Notes: a model not told the origin generated them from the letters alone. A stretch of 64,000 bases of DNA from Octopus sinensis (GCF_006345805.1 NC_042998.1:120342001-120406000); one strand, 5' to 3'. Counted from the first letter of the stretch, positions 38,190 through 53,805 are shown. Translations and numbers: made by a program.

Positions 38190-39000
38190 CATAAGTAAAA
38201 CAATGCAAGAAAATTGTTAGCAAAATTCCCTGATGGAGGAAGTATCACTCAGGGGGAACCAAAGAAACCCACTAATGCTGGACCATCCTGACCACCAAGG
38301 GCACAACAGGGATACACAACTCTTGTATCCATTCTCTCCAACTACAGGAGCAAGCTCAGAGCTGGTCCACTCACTCAAGCCATCTTTGTACCATAAGTGT
38401 GGCAGATGATGAAACATTAGGTCAGATTACATAAATGGTAGGTGTTTTCACAGATTGACTACAGGTTTGGGAAAAGCCACAGGAAACAGATGTATAGAAA
38501 TGAAATGAAACCTTCCAAGAAGTTAAAACCAGCTGGAGACAACTGAGGAACCCATCACATATCCAGGATTATCTGATTGAGGAAAATACCCTCTTCTAGC
38601 TATGTTTTCTAGCTTACAGATGCATGCTGAGAGTTGGTTCATTCATACAGATGGTTCTTCTCACCTATCTTTCAGCAAATTCACTGAAGGGTAATATTAA
38701 CCTCAGCACCCCCACTTTTCTTCTAGTGGAAGTTAATGATGGCTTGGCTGAAGAGGAAACTGTGTTTCCAGTCTTTTCAATCTGGTTTCCTATACAATAC
38801 CTTTCATCATGGCCACCAGACTAGAATATACCTACCCTTCCCAGCAGAGTGAGCCAGATTTGTCCTTTGTATAGCATCATGACATAATTTCACATGCTAG
38901 CAGTACTTAGACTGATTGAGTATGTTTCTGAGACATAATTCAATTTTCCAAAGAGTAGGCCTTCAAAAAGCATCTCAGCTAACTGCATTGCTAACTCTGT
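38080..39000 (-). mobile_element. Probable eroded non-LTR element 3' region
   Basis: It begins with (aat)n-ttccttattggtcacaaggg, recalled as an Octopus LINE end. No readable ORF. Confidence 0.3.
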
Positions 39001-42000
39001 TTCCATAGAAACTAACATTTCAGTATTGATATATCCCTCTACCAGTGTAATTGCTGATCATCAGTTCAACAGAACTTTGTTTCTGATATCTAGTTTACAT
39101 TTAAAATATTAGACACTATAAACTTTGGTCAAAAAGCAACATACCCACTTCAGTAACCAACAACCATCATTAATGGAGATTTCAGCTCTTAGCAGCTACC
39201 ATTATGCATTCAAATCTTTCTGCCCATCTTATCCATTCTCCAGAATAAATTTGTTGCTCTTTTCTTTCTGAAATTGGTGTTTATAATTATCTAATACTAT
39301 TCTACATTGAAAGTCTCAGCAGTGAATTCATTCCTAACATTATATTTGTTCTGTCTTATCTCTATTGAGCTGATAAATTTATCAATTTTATCATCATTTT
39401 CAAATATTGATTCTAACTGTTTCTGTCTTTATATGTCTGTGTAGAATATAAAGAGTCACTGTTACCAAGCAGTATTACTTGCTGGTTATTTGATTAATGA
39501 TATATATTTATTTGATACAATCTGCTGTATTATATTATAAATACTTCTCTCCAAATATGTTATGAAGTCTGCTTTTATTCACAAATAGATGATTTTTAAT
39601 ACGGTAAATTAAATGGTAAATACTTCTAGTTACCTTATCTCTGTTAATCAACCTTCAGCATCTTGTTCGCTTCTGTATCTTAATGTCTCAACCTTCAACT
39701 TTTTTTGAACTCATCCTGTTTGTTAACCGTCAGCTGCTTGTATCTGTGCTTTTGTGTGTTACAACAGGAGTATTGAGTGGTTTATGATACTATCTCTCAG
39801 TCACCAGTCTGGCTATATCTGTTACACAGAGACATTACTGAGAGATGTATGCTGGCAGCCCTTATTCACCATTCTAGTCACTCCTATTGTATTGAGACAA
39901 GAGTGTCACTGTGTTTTGTTCATTCAGTATATTTACAGAATGCTCCTAAGTCCTAGTGATTCTCTTTTAGTACTCATACCAGTTGTGTGCTCTAAGTGTG
40001 AGGTTTTGCAGTGGACCTGCAAACAATGTCAGAATGCTGACATTATGTAATATTTGTGCTACTCTCATAAGTTTGTGAAAACTATTTTTCACTGTCACAT
40101 GCACACACTACAATTTTTTAGTTTATAGAGTGTATTGTATAATACTAGATGTTCTAGTACCTGCTGTACTCTACAAGCACTACAAATCCTCTTGTATTTC
40201 CCACTCTGCTATCTGATAAGAAGTGTATATTTTCCTACCTGTAAGGCCATGTTTCATATAGTAAACTAGCTGTTAGTGCCTAGTGTTGTCTGGGTTCATA
40301 ATTGAAAGACATTAAGCCAATAATTATAAAACGTTTTTCCTGTTTCTTACAAATAGACTTTCTCACTAGCTGGCAAAAGAACCAGTTTGTGAAATTTTAA
40401 CCAGTTTTTCCTTAAATCATATCCTATTGCCTAAAATAAAGATAGATATACTAAATGGCATCTCTGATATTCAAAAAGATGGGCTGGCTGCAGCTAGAGC
40501 ACATTTTGATCATGGATCTGATTGATCAGGGCTGACCTGTGCTAGATAGGACAACACCAGCAGCAATGAAGCAAAATACTAAAACTCTGATTGTGATGTT
40601 TCTCTGTAAGCAATATTTTCACTGCATTGTATATTGAAATAATTTCTCCATGATGGAAAACGTATTAGAGTGAGGAAAAGTTACAATCAATAGAATGCTT
40701 CACACTGATTTTAAACATGTGATAAGGACAGTATTAGTAAAAATAAGCAAAACTATAGAGACAGTTTGTTTATAAAAGAAACAAACTTTTAAGATATTAA
40801 ATCTCTAAAAATAACTGACATGTGATATTAAAAACAAGAAAATGAATTATGCTATAATAGTCATAGATTAAAAAGTGAAATATTTTCACCACATAATTCA
40901 GTTGATGTCTCACTTAAGAATATTTCAACCAGTGCATTTACGAATATTCATGTTCCCAAAAATCTTGCCATAGAGTAGAATTCCATAATTCAAAACTTGT
41001 TTTCCCAATGATTTCCATATTATAAAGTGGGATGCATTCCAAGGGAATTTTTTTAAAATAAATAAATAGATAAAAAAGCAAGTAATCCAACCACTTGTAT
41101 GCACAGAAATAATACACAGTAGAGTATGTATACATAGAAAATTTGGAAGAGAACTGCATTAGGGAATAAATAAGAATGCAATAGTAAAGAATGTTAACTG
41201 CTGTTTGTTGAGAGGTGGTGCAATAGGAGTTACTGGGAGGAAAAGAGATACTATCTTCTGCTTTATAGATCAGCATTATAAGCATCTGCTTTGGAGATGA
41301 AGAAATGTCCTGAATTGTTTGATGATTTCAGTGCCCCATCACTTTGTATAACAGAGTGTAGGAACCGAGCTCATGATTTCCTTTTGTCATTTTGATGTTG
41401 CATTCACAATAAGGATGATTATTAGCAAGTGTTTCCAAACTTTCCTCTGTAAGTGCTATAGACAACTGAAAGGGTGTGTGCAAATTGCAAACGTTAACGT
41501 TTTACAATCTGACTGAGTTGTTCTCCCACATAGAACATTTGTAAAACATCAAGCTTAATGTCCAACATAATTCATTTGTGACTCCTTTTGGCACCTCTGC
41601 TTTCATTCTATTTCATGGCCTCTTTTCAGTCATCTTGAATAAAGGTAATGCTCTATAAAACTAATGGTGGGAGAGACAAGCAAGATATCTTCTTCAAATT
41701 GTAAAACAGTAGAATCTGTGAAAAGTAGCCATCTTCTGTATCAATACTGACCTTCTAACTTTGGATGCAAGAATAGGAATGAGAAAATGAAAGGTGTGGG
41801 GAAATAACATCAAAAAGTGGGAACTGTATGATGCAGGTGAAAGTACTGTATAGTTAAAGTTAGAAACAAAACCCAGGCTGAAAACTTTGAGAGCAATGAA
41901 AAACAAAATCAGATGAACTGGTACAAAGAATATGGGAGAAGGAGGCAGACAGTTGTTAGCTAGAATGTTGAAAGTAATGAAAAATAAGGTGTGGAAGAAA

Positions 42001-45000
42001 AGAATGACATGGTTATGTATTGGCAAGAAGATTAAGAGCAATGAAAAATATGTAAATAAATACTTGGAGGAGGAAGAAAAAATCATAATTGGTAGGTTGT
42101 AAGCAACAGAAGTGTGAATAGAATAGGGGCAAAAAAAGATCAACATGATTTCTATGTAAAAAACACTGCGTATACATGGTTCATGATTTTAGATTTTAAA
42201 GTTGTTAAAATTCACTTTAGTTTTCATAAGGATAGAATAATAGGTGTTGGACTTTATCTTCTTTTTATTATGGATGTCTTAGCTGTCACTTGTAGTTCAA
42301 TAACAAAAAAAATGATCATACCCATTATTGAATCAATGGAAACATGGGCCAATGGCACTGTTGTAGGTGTGCTTTGCGCACATCAACTTTGATTTTCTGC
42401 TTGCCTTCCTGCTTCAATTTACTACTTCATTAGCTATCATACTGCAGTGCTCTGTGTATGCTTTGTGTGGACAGTCATGAGTAGTGTTAAGAGTGATATA
42501 TATTATTAACAGTTCTTAATGTGTGATGCACGGCTGCTGTGACTTGCTTACTCTTTACAGGTGTATATCCATCTCATGCTGTTCCAGCTGATCCTTACAT
42601 TTCCTCTGAGGTTTATAATGTATTTGAGAAACAAGCACAAATTTTGAGTTCCAATATATATATATATATAAACTTTGAGCTGACATGACTTACATGCTGC
42701 AGTTCTTTTAATTCCAGGGAAAAGAAACAAAGTAATTGAAAATAACATTATTCTTGGGATTGAATTACAATTGGAAATAATTTTAGCACTAGATGTTCAA
42801 CCAATGAGTAATGAAAAGTGGACTTATATCTGTATATAAACATGCACATTCACTTTTTTACGCACATACTCTTTACACACACACACACGTGCGTTATTTT
42901 GGTTGAGGTATATAAACTGTATTGCTCTTAAGTTGAGAATATAAATCATAGTTAAATGATAAACAACAGCTTTATAAAACATTAGTTAACACTCCTTCCA
43001 ACACCACCATCACCAGTTACCTGTGTCTGTAGACTAACAGTAGTGTTTCTATAGAACCAAGTGGTGTTAGTTAAACTAGTTCTGTGACTCAACTTGGCTG
43101 GCTGTAATGTTAAAGAAACACATACAGTATCAAGTTATGGATACATAAATTCTAAGAATTGTATTTAGACCCTTCCTATATATCTCAGACTAGTGAATTA
43201 TCTCTGCAGTTAAGTATTTGAATAATGTTCCTTGTTGGTGGTAATTTGATTTATCATTTCACACTTTACACTTTCTGCTTCTTCATCGTCATTGCTTTTT
43301 CCTCTCCTCTTTCTCACTTCATTCATTAGGCCGCCTGACCATTTATGCATACTGTAATAATAGACAGAAATACAAGTAGTTGTTGAGTGTATGTTTATGC
43401 ATACATAAATACTATAGGAGGATTAAGTAGATTGTCTGTTGTAGAGTATAATTTATTCAAAATTTTCATTTAGATTTTTTATCAAAACTGGTCAACACTA
43501 GAATCTGTAATCTTGGTCTTGGTTTATCCCCGCCCCCTAGTTATTTACTCTTTAGCTAGAAGCTCATTTTGTTTGTTATAACCACCATCATCATCATCAT
43601 GATAATGGCTGTTTATCTTTGCTGATATATCTGCCATACAACCATCTGTCTTGGTCTTTTCTCATTCTGAAATCTGATCTCACCATTTCTTCCTATATTT
43701 TTCACTTTCTTGGGTAACCTCCCTTCTCACTACACGTCACTTTTTCACAGAACATCTATCATTTATTATACCCCTCACATGTCCAGTCCAGAACAGTTAT
43801 ATTTTCTATATATATTAGCTGGTATCTTTTAAACACATTCCTCATGCAAGTTACCATTACATATCCAGCATACGTAACTGCTTTCTTTCCAGTATTCATC
43901 TATCTTCCACATTCAATATCCAATACTAACACTTCCATGCAACACCATATTCCTTACAGGTACTTCATACAACCTGTCTTCTACATAAGCACAGAAACTA
44001 ACAGCCATTTTCTTGAGCAGTGTCCACTTCTTCTTTTTTTACTCTTTTTACTATTACACTGTCGCCATTACTAATTAGATCACCTAAATGACATACACAT
44101 GTGCAAATAAATGAATGAAGGAGCTTTTATATATTCTTCAACCTGCTTGAAATAGCAACTAAACTTCTTTCCAGTTATACTCTGCTGTCTTTAATAAAGA
44201 AAGGAGTTATTAATTAATGTAGTTCTGTATACCCTTAAACAAATGGAATGTTCAAGGCTGGAACAGTTTTGACCATATGTTTGCTTAACCAAGGTTGTCC
44301 TAACCACCAATAACAAACAAACACATACACACATCTGTATTGTGTTATATATCAGTCTAACAGAGATGAAGATAGTGTTAGTATGGAATGAGATATGCAG
44401 AGTAATGTAGATGTGTGAATGGGAACAAATTTCTCTTGAAGATGCTGTAGTTAATGTTTAAAAAAAAAAAACATATCCAACATGGAATCCAGTGTGTGAG
44501 GTGTTCAAATAGTTGCTATCATAAACTGGCAACTTAGATAAAATGGTTTCCTATGATGTGCACAAGTTTACGATTTATTACTATGATACTATGAACAGAA
44601 AGAAGATCCCTGGCTTTTCAACTATCTCACTCTCCCAACCTTTGTAATAGAACTGTTATGCATGAGTTAAAAAATGTATGAAGTAAAGAAACGTAAGAAT
44701 ATTTCAGTGGATTTATAGCAAGATAATATTATATGTTAATGGGACTTGTTTAGTTGTCCAATCATAAATCAGTTTTGTTGTTATAAATATCAAAAACAAA
44801 ATGATAGTTTCTGTAGATTTTATTATCTTCATTGAAATCATAAACTGAATTAAATATCTCATAAACAGAAGTTTTCCTGCTCCTCTTGTACCCACCCAAC
44901 CTCGATGGTGTGGCCTTCTTTGAAGGCTTTATTGAATATTCTTTGAGAAGTCAGTAATTGAAGTTTATTACTATACAATGCTTGCATATTAATGTCTGGT

Positions 45001-46894
45001 CACCAAGAGCTAGTTACTTGAGTTTATTCTTTATGTCTGTATCTTAACCTTTATAGTATTGATTGTTCAAATTGGTACACAGACACAAGTTGATATGGGA
45101 GTAAGAGGTGGGATTTGGTTTGAAAATGTAGAGAGATTCTTTTTGGCATTTTAGCATTTCTGCTACCTCATTAATGTTTGTAGTTTGCAAGCTTTTCAAT
45201 GATGTTTCTGACAATAGTGTAACTTGGTGTGAGACAACATGCCCTTCCTTCTCTGGATACACAGCTATTCTACTGGTAGTCTACATTTCTAGCAGTTAGG
45301 TAGGCTGAGATAGATTGTATGCAGTGTCTCATTGCTTGAGAGAAAGTTTAGAATATAGTAGAGAACAGGGAGGCCTAAGAAAGTAATCGGGTCTTTGTCG
45401 GTATTGTGGAGAAATTAGATTCTATGTAAATACAAGCACCAATTTTTTTAAAAAAACAAAAATTTGGAGTGTGGTAGGAGTTTGTGATAGAAAGCACGAG
45501 ATTTGTGTCAGAATGACTAACATGCTGGAAGATGATTGTAATGTGTAGGGTAATGGTTGAACTGAAATCAAGAAATATTGGAATAAAGAATCATGAACTG
45601 TCAACCACTGAATTGGTAGTGCCATGCCATTTTTGACCATTTCATAACTTGGATATAAGAAAAACTGCAGGCTTATGATTTATATGAGAGGGAAATATGA
45701 GGTTGTTTAGTGTCCCTAGACATTTAGTCCTAGGCAACACTTAACTGCTTGACTGAACAGACCTATGATCAAAGGAGTTCCAACTCTAATCATTCTACCT
45801 TTTTAAGTCATCTAAGGACAATATTATCCAATGTTTTCTTTTTAAAAATTATAGGATATGATTTGAGTGAGATTTCACTGTTTTTTCTAGTAGAATAAAT
45901 GAGGCTACATTGTTAATTCATTAAGCTTCTCATATTTCTGGTCTGTGTTAGCAATGTAACTGGAGTGAAATCAGGATTGAGGAAAGGATTTCATACTTGG
46001 TTTTACTTCTCTTCTATAGAAAGTTATAAAGATCTTGGAATATCAAAGTTGCTGATATCTTAGGATACTGAATATGAAATCTCTCTTTCAACATTTTCTA
46101 TTTCAATTATAATATCATTAGGTTGGTTGCCTTATACTGATAGAGTTAACAACTGTGATTTATCTGACAACAATTTTCTCTTTATATCTTTGCTAATAGC
46201 AACATTATGGGATTCTGTATCATGTGGCATTAATTATTTGTGACATCTTGTCATTAGCTACAATTTAGTAACTTTTCAAGAACTTTAAAAATAATCTACT
46301 TTTGGAACTTTAACTTTGTCAGTAACTTCTGTTTTTATGGTTCTGTTGAAATGTAAATAATTCTTCTTCTCTGCTCTCTTTACCCCCCCCTGTTCTCTCC
46401 CTCCCTCTCTCTCACTCTCATACCGTTCAACTTCTTAAAAGAAGAAAGGTATGACCTCACAAGAAAATAGAATACCTTTACACAGTAAATTAAGTAAAGT
46501 GAGAAAATATTTTATGTTATGGTTTAGTCAGAGGAGGAAGGACAAGATAACCGATTTTGTTGGGAGGAAGCTATTATCTGACCTTTGAAACTATGAGAAA
46601 AACACTAACAAAACTTTCATTTGTGGCACTTGAGGGTTTCATAAACTTCAAACTGTTCCTTTTAAACAGTGGGATGATTCCAGAGCCAAATGTTTGTTGA
46701 GGTGAAATACATAGTCAGTTAGGTATTGCAGAAAGGGTCATAAGCTATGGTTGATAAAACAGTTTTACTGTCAAAAGAGATGCACTAGAGAGAAGCAATT
46801 GGAAAGGCTTTACATTGTTGGACTAGGTTATGAAAGTTATGGATAGGTATATAATATAGTTGATGAGGAACAGAAGTAGCTTAGATGAAGTGTA

Positions 46895-47045
46895 CTTAGG
46901 CTTTATACCAGGAAGAAGTACCACAAATGCTACTTTCCTAGTGAGACAACTGTAGAATTACTTTCTTACAAGTAAGCCCTTATACCTAGCATTTGTTGAC
47001 CTGGTGAGGGCCTTTGATAGGGTTCCACACTCTGTAACTTGATGG
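46895..47045 (+). mobile_element. RTE LINE RT fragment
   Basis: GFIPGRSTTNATFLVRQL*...KPLYLAFVDLVRAFDRVP. Confidence 0.9.
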
Positions 47046-49289
47046 TTGCTGTTGACCAATGTCTTGTGATTGAATTTAGTGAACAGAAACAGTATAGAAA
47101 TGTGTGTGTGTGTGAAAGAGAGAGCACATGCATGTTTTTGGCTCTTAGTCATGCTAATTGTAAACAAAAATCAGTGTCCTGCAAGCTGTGTTGTTTGTTT
47201 GCAATCTCCCATGAAAACATAGGGGTCTAACAGAATGGTAGTTGATCAATCTGTTTCTCACTTGAACACCACCACTTGATCTGTGGGTATAGCTGAATCT
47301 ATTTTGTTGCAAGCATCTGGGCCAGACTTCCGGTGTTTAATACCTCCCTCCTTGTCACCATCACAAGCTCTGTAAAGGACAATGAGCACTGCCTTTCCTC
47401 CTAAATAAATCATTAAACAAAAGGAAATAAAAAAGTCAGAATCTTCATCATTAACAACAGTCAAACTCTTCTGTTTATACTGAAATATTCTATTAGTCTG
47501 AATGGTGGTGGAAGGGGTGGGGCTGATATAAATATTTGAGCCATGGCTTTGCTAGGTTCAGATGTTAGGCACAACAGAACAAACATGTAATGAATGGCAT
47601 CTACAAATATTTAATTATCCACCTTTGAAGAAGATAGCGTCATGATGTCTGAAAAATGTTCCTTTTCTCAGTTCCTTCTGGAAGGGCAATCAGTTCCTGT
47701 CTGATTTTCTATACTTCCCTGCTGTGCTCATTAACCATCCTCAATGAAGCGGCTTTGTTCTTGTTGTGGTTGTGTTGTTGTTACTACATTCCAACTAGTT
47801 TACATGCCCAGAAAATTACAAAATTAAGTTCCTTCCTCTTCTATTTTTTGCCACCATGCATAAACAGCTTCCTAATAATGACCTAAAGATTTAGCCTTTA
47901 TTCTGCCACCTGTCCAAACATTTTTTTTTTTTTTTCCTCTATAGCATTTAGGAAATTTCGCTACATTAACTGTTCAGGCATTTTGTCATTGCTTACAGCT
48001 GACTATATTCAAGTATATGCATGCGAACGTGTGTGTGTGCGCACACACACACACACACACCATAATCATCTTTATTTTATATCCATGTGTGTATGTGCGT
48101 GTGTAATTAAATCATTCAGGCAAACATTAATACTGAACAGTTAAGAAGTTTGCTTTGCAATAACAAAGTTTCAGGTTCAATCCCATTGCATGAATCTTGA
48201 GCAAGTGTCATTTACTGTAGCCTCAGTTCAACTAAAGTTTTGTAGTACATGAAATTGGTTCAGTGCAAAATATTTAGAACTCTATTGGTTGGATTGTATT
48301 TTAATTCAAGGGTATTGAACTGATTCTGTGGAATAATTATTAGCTAATAGATTAAGTACAGAGTTTAGTTGATCAAGTCACTGACTACTCATCATTGAAA
48401 TCAGCAACAGAGATACACACGCACACATGCAGGTGTGTGTTATACTACTCATCAAGCATGGTGGCTTTCATAATTATTGAGAATGAAACAAAAATGTCTT
48501 ACTGCCACTTACATACACATTCACTTTATTTGTTGTTTGATAACCTCCTACTTCAACACTGTCTCTGCTAATTATTTTATATAGTTATTTTAATATTTGT
48601 AAAATTGAACTTGGCCACTCTTCTGTCAAAAGAATGTTGTGAAGGCCCTGAGAGTTGGTGTGAAATGGATGCAATTTCAAGTTGAGTTTAGAGATTGGAG
48701 ATAAAGGAAGTGGAGTTTGTGAATGAGTGATAGTGGTAGGTAATGAAACAACAGCCACTATATAGCCATTCAACTTAGTAGCCCTGTGTGCATTTGTGTA
48801 CATATATGTATATGTGTGTGCATGTATATCTATGCATTTGTGCATGTCTTTGTGCAGAAACTCACATGTACATATGTTCACACACATATGCTTATAATAC
48901 ACAGAGCAATAAACAGATACAGAATGTGAGCTTATGAGCCAATAATGGGCCACTAAGAGGAAAGCTCTTCTACCTGAAAAGTGAGTGCAGTTCTATGCCT
49001 ACTTCACTCACTCATATCCATTTCACACATGAGAACTTCTTGGAAAACACACAAGGATCTCTCACAAAGTCCTGTGGCAGTGAAGAGTAATGGAACATAA
49101 CACGCTTGAGCAGCTTGAAGTATGTAATTTCCAACCTTTGTGTAGGTAGCTTGCGATATTAATCACTTCTTTTCCAAACTAAAGTAAAGGAGAGATCAGT
49201 AACACCATGAATAACAGAAAGGATTGAGAAAAGCTGGTTTAAACAAAGCTTGCCTAATTCTGTAACTGGTCAGCAACCTTTGCAGTTGT

Positions 49290-49380
49290 CCCCTATCTTT
49301 GTAATCCATAGTAACATCCAGGAAATTTACAACTTTCCAAGAAGTTATCATAGTTAGACACAAGTTGATTTCCATCATGC
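49290..49380 (-). mobile_element. Short Penelope-like RT fragment
   Basis: Contains the KVVNFLDVTMD motif (ORF 49196-49435). Confidence 0.45.
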
Positions 49381-49613
49381 ATACCTGCCTGCCCCCCCCC
49401 TCTCTAATATTCCGCACTCCATGGTGTAGACTCATGGAATTAATGCTTCAGTGAATCAACAATTGCATGGGATAAAATCATGTATAAGTATGTAGGCACT
49501 GTCCAAAGAAACTGTGAAATAGCATTGCAAGTGTTTCAACAAGCTAGAATTACCTGGTGTACTATCACAGACTAATACCAAAAAATAGAAATCTTATTAT
49601 TCTTTGTCGGTGC

Positions 49614-49822
49614 TGAGGTGGCAGAATCATAGCAGGCCAGACAAAATGCTTAACAGCATATTTTTACAGCTTCATGTTCCAAGTTCAAATGCTGTTGAGG
49701 TTGACTTTGCCTTTCATCCTTTCAGGTTTGATAAAATAAGTACCAGTTGAGTACTAGGGTCAGTGTAATTGACTCCCTACCTAATCTTCCTAAAATTGCT
49801 GGCCTTGTGCTGAAATTTGAAA
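49614..49822 (+). mobile_element. SINE family B copy
   Basis: ggcagaatc...aaatgcttaacagc...gttcaaatgctgttgaggttgactttgcctttcatcc...ggccttgtgctgaaatttgaa. Confidence 0.88.
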
Positions 49823-50424
49823 CCAGTTTTCTTCCTAGAATCTTGTGTGCTCCACATTTGTGCAATGATAGAAGGCTGGGGCATCCATTGACCTTGTATT
49901 GTATGCTAGTTTCAGACTTAGCATCACCCACAACTTTTTCTCCCTAATTTTTTTCATATTTTTGATTTAAGCACCAGCGATGGAGATCATGATTATAGAG
50001 AAACAGAAAAAGTTCAATTCTTCCATTAACGTCTCCCTTTTGTCTATTTTGTAGTGTACAATATATGTCTTTTTATAAATTTTCAAATTAGTTTTGAAAT
50101 GTTTTTCTCTTTATTGGCCATTGCTGTCTACATTATTTCATTTTTCGAAAAGTCGCTTGTCATTAAAGGTCTCTTCTGAATGGGGGTATGAGACATTTTG
50201 GTACAGCCATTTTATCATTGCCTATTTGGCATTGCTGATTCAACACTGACTTATTTGACATCAGGTGTTTTTATCTTCCATTCTTCTAACCTTGTTGGTC
50301 TCTTTGTTTATGTCTAGGAATATCTAGTCATGTTTGTATAACACATCTGACTATGGATCAGAAGATTTCAGGTTTGTATCCTGGCAAGCTTGTATACCTG
50401 TCTCCCATGATTGTGCTGTGTTAA

Positions 50425-50720
50425 AAGCATTTGTGCTGCTGTCATGTAAAAATTACCCCAGTCAGTTCCATATAGAAAGCACCCATGCTGGTGCCACACA
50501 TAAAGCACCAGTGCTGATGCTACATTTAAAGGACCCACGCTGGTGCCACATAAAAAGTACCCAGTATGCTCTGTAAAGTGGTTGGTATTAGGAAGGGCAT
50601 CCAGCCATAGAAACTATGTCAAAACAGACAGATGAAGCTGGTGCAGCTCTCTGGCTGGCTAGCTCCTGTCAGACCCTTTCTAGCATGGAAAACTGATATT
50701 AAATGATAACAATGATGATT
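50425..50720 (+). mobile_element. RTE-type 3' end with tandem GCTGGTGCCAC..AAAAG.ACC motifs
   Basis: Same motif and tail as 15353-15630. Confidence 0.75.
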
Positions 50721-50820
50721 TTTCAAAATTATAGAGTTACATAGGAGATTATAGGTCTAGAAAAAAATGATCAAATATTTTGGTTTGGGGTTTAGAGTTG
50801 TGATTAGGGCATAGCATTAT

Positions 50821-51027
50821 ACTCTTTTACTTATTTCAGTCATTTGACTGCGGCCATATTGGAGCACTGCCTTTAGTCAAGCAAATCGACTCCAGGACTT
50901 ATTCTCTGTAAGCCTAGTACTTATTCTATCTGTCTCTTTTGCTGAACTAAGTTACGGGGACATAAACACACCACCATCTTCTGTCAAGCGATGTTGCAGG
51001 GACAAATACAGATCCCCAAATATATGC

Positions 51028-51068
<41 letters not shown>

Positions 51069-51233
51069 TACAACGGGCTTCTTTCAGTTTCTGCCTACCA
51101 AATCCACTCACAAGGCTTTGGTTGGCCTGAGGCTATAGTAGAAGACACTTGCCCAAAGTGCCATGCAGTGGGACTGAACCCGGAACCATGTGGTTGGTAA
51201 GCAAGCTACTTAGCATTGAGCCACTCCTGTGCC
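50821..51233 (-). mobile_element. Full-length SINE family A
   Basis: Colinear with 10856-11375 but lacks the insertion; it has an internal (TA)n. Confidence 0.93.
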
Positions 51234-52744
51234 TATTATGGTTAGGATTTAAGCTTAAGGTTTAGTTAAAGTTAAAAAGAGAAAAGATTTTAAAAATTCA
51301 AATCAATTCACATGCACGCACGCACAGACAGACAGACAGAGTTGAAATTTCCTCTGGTTGAAACAGAAATCCAAAGTAATAATGATGAGAAAGATGTAGA
51401 TGTTACTTAGTTTGAGACTTCTTTGTTTATCAATGAACATTGTATGTTAACCTGTACAACACTAAGTATTTTAGCTTGTCATATATAATGCACTCAACAT
51501 CTCTTTATCTAGATTTGTTTCCGTAAAACTAAGATTATCAATGCATCATTAATGTTGCACCTAAATCAGTAACAACAACAACAACAACAATAATAATAAT
51601 CCTTGTGACATACTTTTATAGATATACATTTATTAACTATCTCTAATACCCTACAGATCACTCTTTCTTAGTGAATTCTCACCTATCATAGATTAATTAT
51701 ATTCTTTCTTATATTTTAGTACTTATAGTTAGCTATTAACCCATTCTAGTTATTTTAGTTTCCTGGATAATCCTCTCTCTCTCTTTCTTTCTCCATCTCC
51801 TTTAAGAAAAAATAATATTTAGTACACAAGTTCGATATAAGTTTTCTTGTATTTTCTTAAGTGTTGCCAACAAGACATTTCATTCTTTCTTTCCTACTGT
51901 GCAATCTGTTTTACTGTAAACTACATATTTATGCGAAGCTGTTAGTTTCATCAACATGCAGTGTCTTTACAACTTGATACCATTGTAAAGGTTATTTATT
52001 CATCTACATCTATTTTCATTTCTGTTAGTTGGTATAGACACATGCATACACCTAGACAAAAGATGAAGTGCTAACCTATATTGTGTTCAGATCAACAAAA
52101 CACTATTCAACTGTATTACGATGAAATATTTTAAGTTATTCTCATGAAAGCTACACATAAATTATAGCAAGCTCAATATAGAATTATTATATCATGTCTA
52201 GTGTTTTCAAATACTACATACAGAAACAGTATGTTACTATTTTTAAGGAATGAGCTTTGTGGAATTTTCTAAAGAAATGTGTAGCTATTTTTAAGGAATT
52301 AGCTTGTGGAGGTTTCTACAAATTACTAAAGCACAATATTATTTTATAAGAAACCTGTTTGTGTCATTAAACTCTGAAGTCCTATTTATATGGAACTATT
52401 TATTGGAGAAGTCAAATGAGTCATAACCATGTCTTTGTAAAACAAGCTAGTGAGAAATTACAATGCCGTATATCATCAAGTTACATTTTAGTTCAGCACT
52501 GATTCAACTAGTGGGAAGAAACTTGTGGGTGTTAATCAAGGGTTTTTCAAATTGTACCAATGTCTTAATTCTATTGTTAATTTGTAAATATATGAATGAA
52601 ACACGCGGTTCTCCAACTGAAATTCTCTTCTGTCAAGTTATTTACAATTTCTCCCACATAATCATTTCTTAGTCTTTCTTTGTCTTGTTTTACTGATTTC
52701 AAAATACCTAATATTTAGAAAGTATAAAAATGAAAATAGTTAGA

Positions 52745-53085
52745 AAATTTAAGCATTTATTGGCAGGATTCTTCTGGCTCTTCATGTTGAGTTTAAATGC
52801 TTCTTAAGATTTTGTCGTTCACTCTTCTAAAGTCAATAAAATAAAGTACCATCAACCCACTGGTGTTAATGGTATTGACCAACTCACTCCTTCAAAATTT
52901 TGGATTTCGTGCCTAAATTTCAAGCAATCTAAGAAGCAGAGAGGGTACTAGAGTAGTACAGTTGGTGGAATTAAGGGTAAAATGCTTTTAGTCTTTTGTT
53001 GCATTCTGAGTTCAAATCTATTGGTGTCAGATTTGCCTTGTCATCCGTCTTGGGTAAATAAATAAGTACTGCTCAAATACTATGG
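52745..53085 (+). mobile_element. Two head-to-tail old SINE family B copies
   Basis: The pattern ...gagtt.aaat...gtcaataaaataaagtacc... is repeated at about 52965-53085. Confidence 0.65.
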
Positions 53086-53760
53086 TCCCGTACCAGGTCA
53101 CTTATCCACCATTATTAAATGTTATTATTACTGTTAGGAATGAGTTGATAATGATGGAGCATTTTTATATTCCTAGCTTATAAAAATTGAAGAAAAATCT
53201 TTGGTTTTTGATCCAAAGATATATATATATTATTCTTTAAATTGGATAAAGGCGTTGGCATATTTATTATTATTGTATCTTTTGCTGATGTTCTTACACT
53301 AATGCCACTTTTCTTGATCCATAATCGTATGAAACAATCATTAAGCCGGATTAGAAAGCTGTTTTTTTTTTCTAAAGATTAACTCTTCAAATAGTACTAA
53401 AGGTGAACTAAACATATGTACTGTATACTATAATGAACAATTCATTTGCTGTGGCTCTGCTACTACTACAAAAGCTCACTGGAGAAGAAATGATATTATT
53501 AGAGATACTTTGACCAATATCGCTGGGATTCCATGGTTTATTACTTTTTAATATTTATGGAATATAACAGAAAGCATTGATCACACTTTGTACTCATCAT
53601 CATCATTACCACCACCACTATCATCATCGTCATTATTTGAATGAATTTCTTGTGTAGTTGTTTTATATTTTTTCTAGATTTTCTAACAAGCTGTGTGTAC
53701 TATCACAACTACCAGGGACAATGTTATGAGATATTCATACCTAGAACCCATACATAGGTG

Positions 53761-53805
<45 letters not shown>

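Noticed and set aside
41694-42146. 150-aa hydrophobic ORF on the minus strand
   Set aside because: It is the antisense of a purine-rich, low-complexity stretch, with F/L/I/S bias and no motif or splice support.
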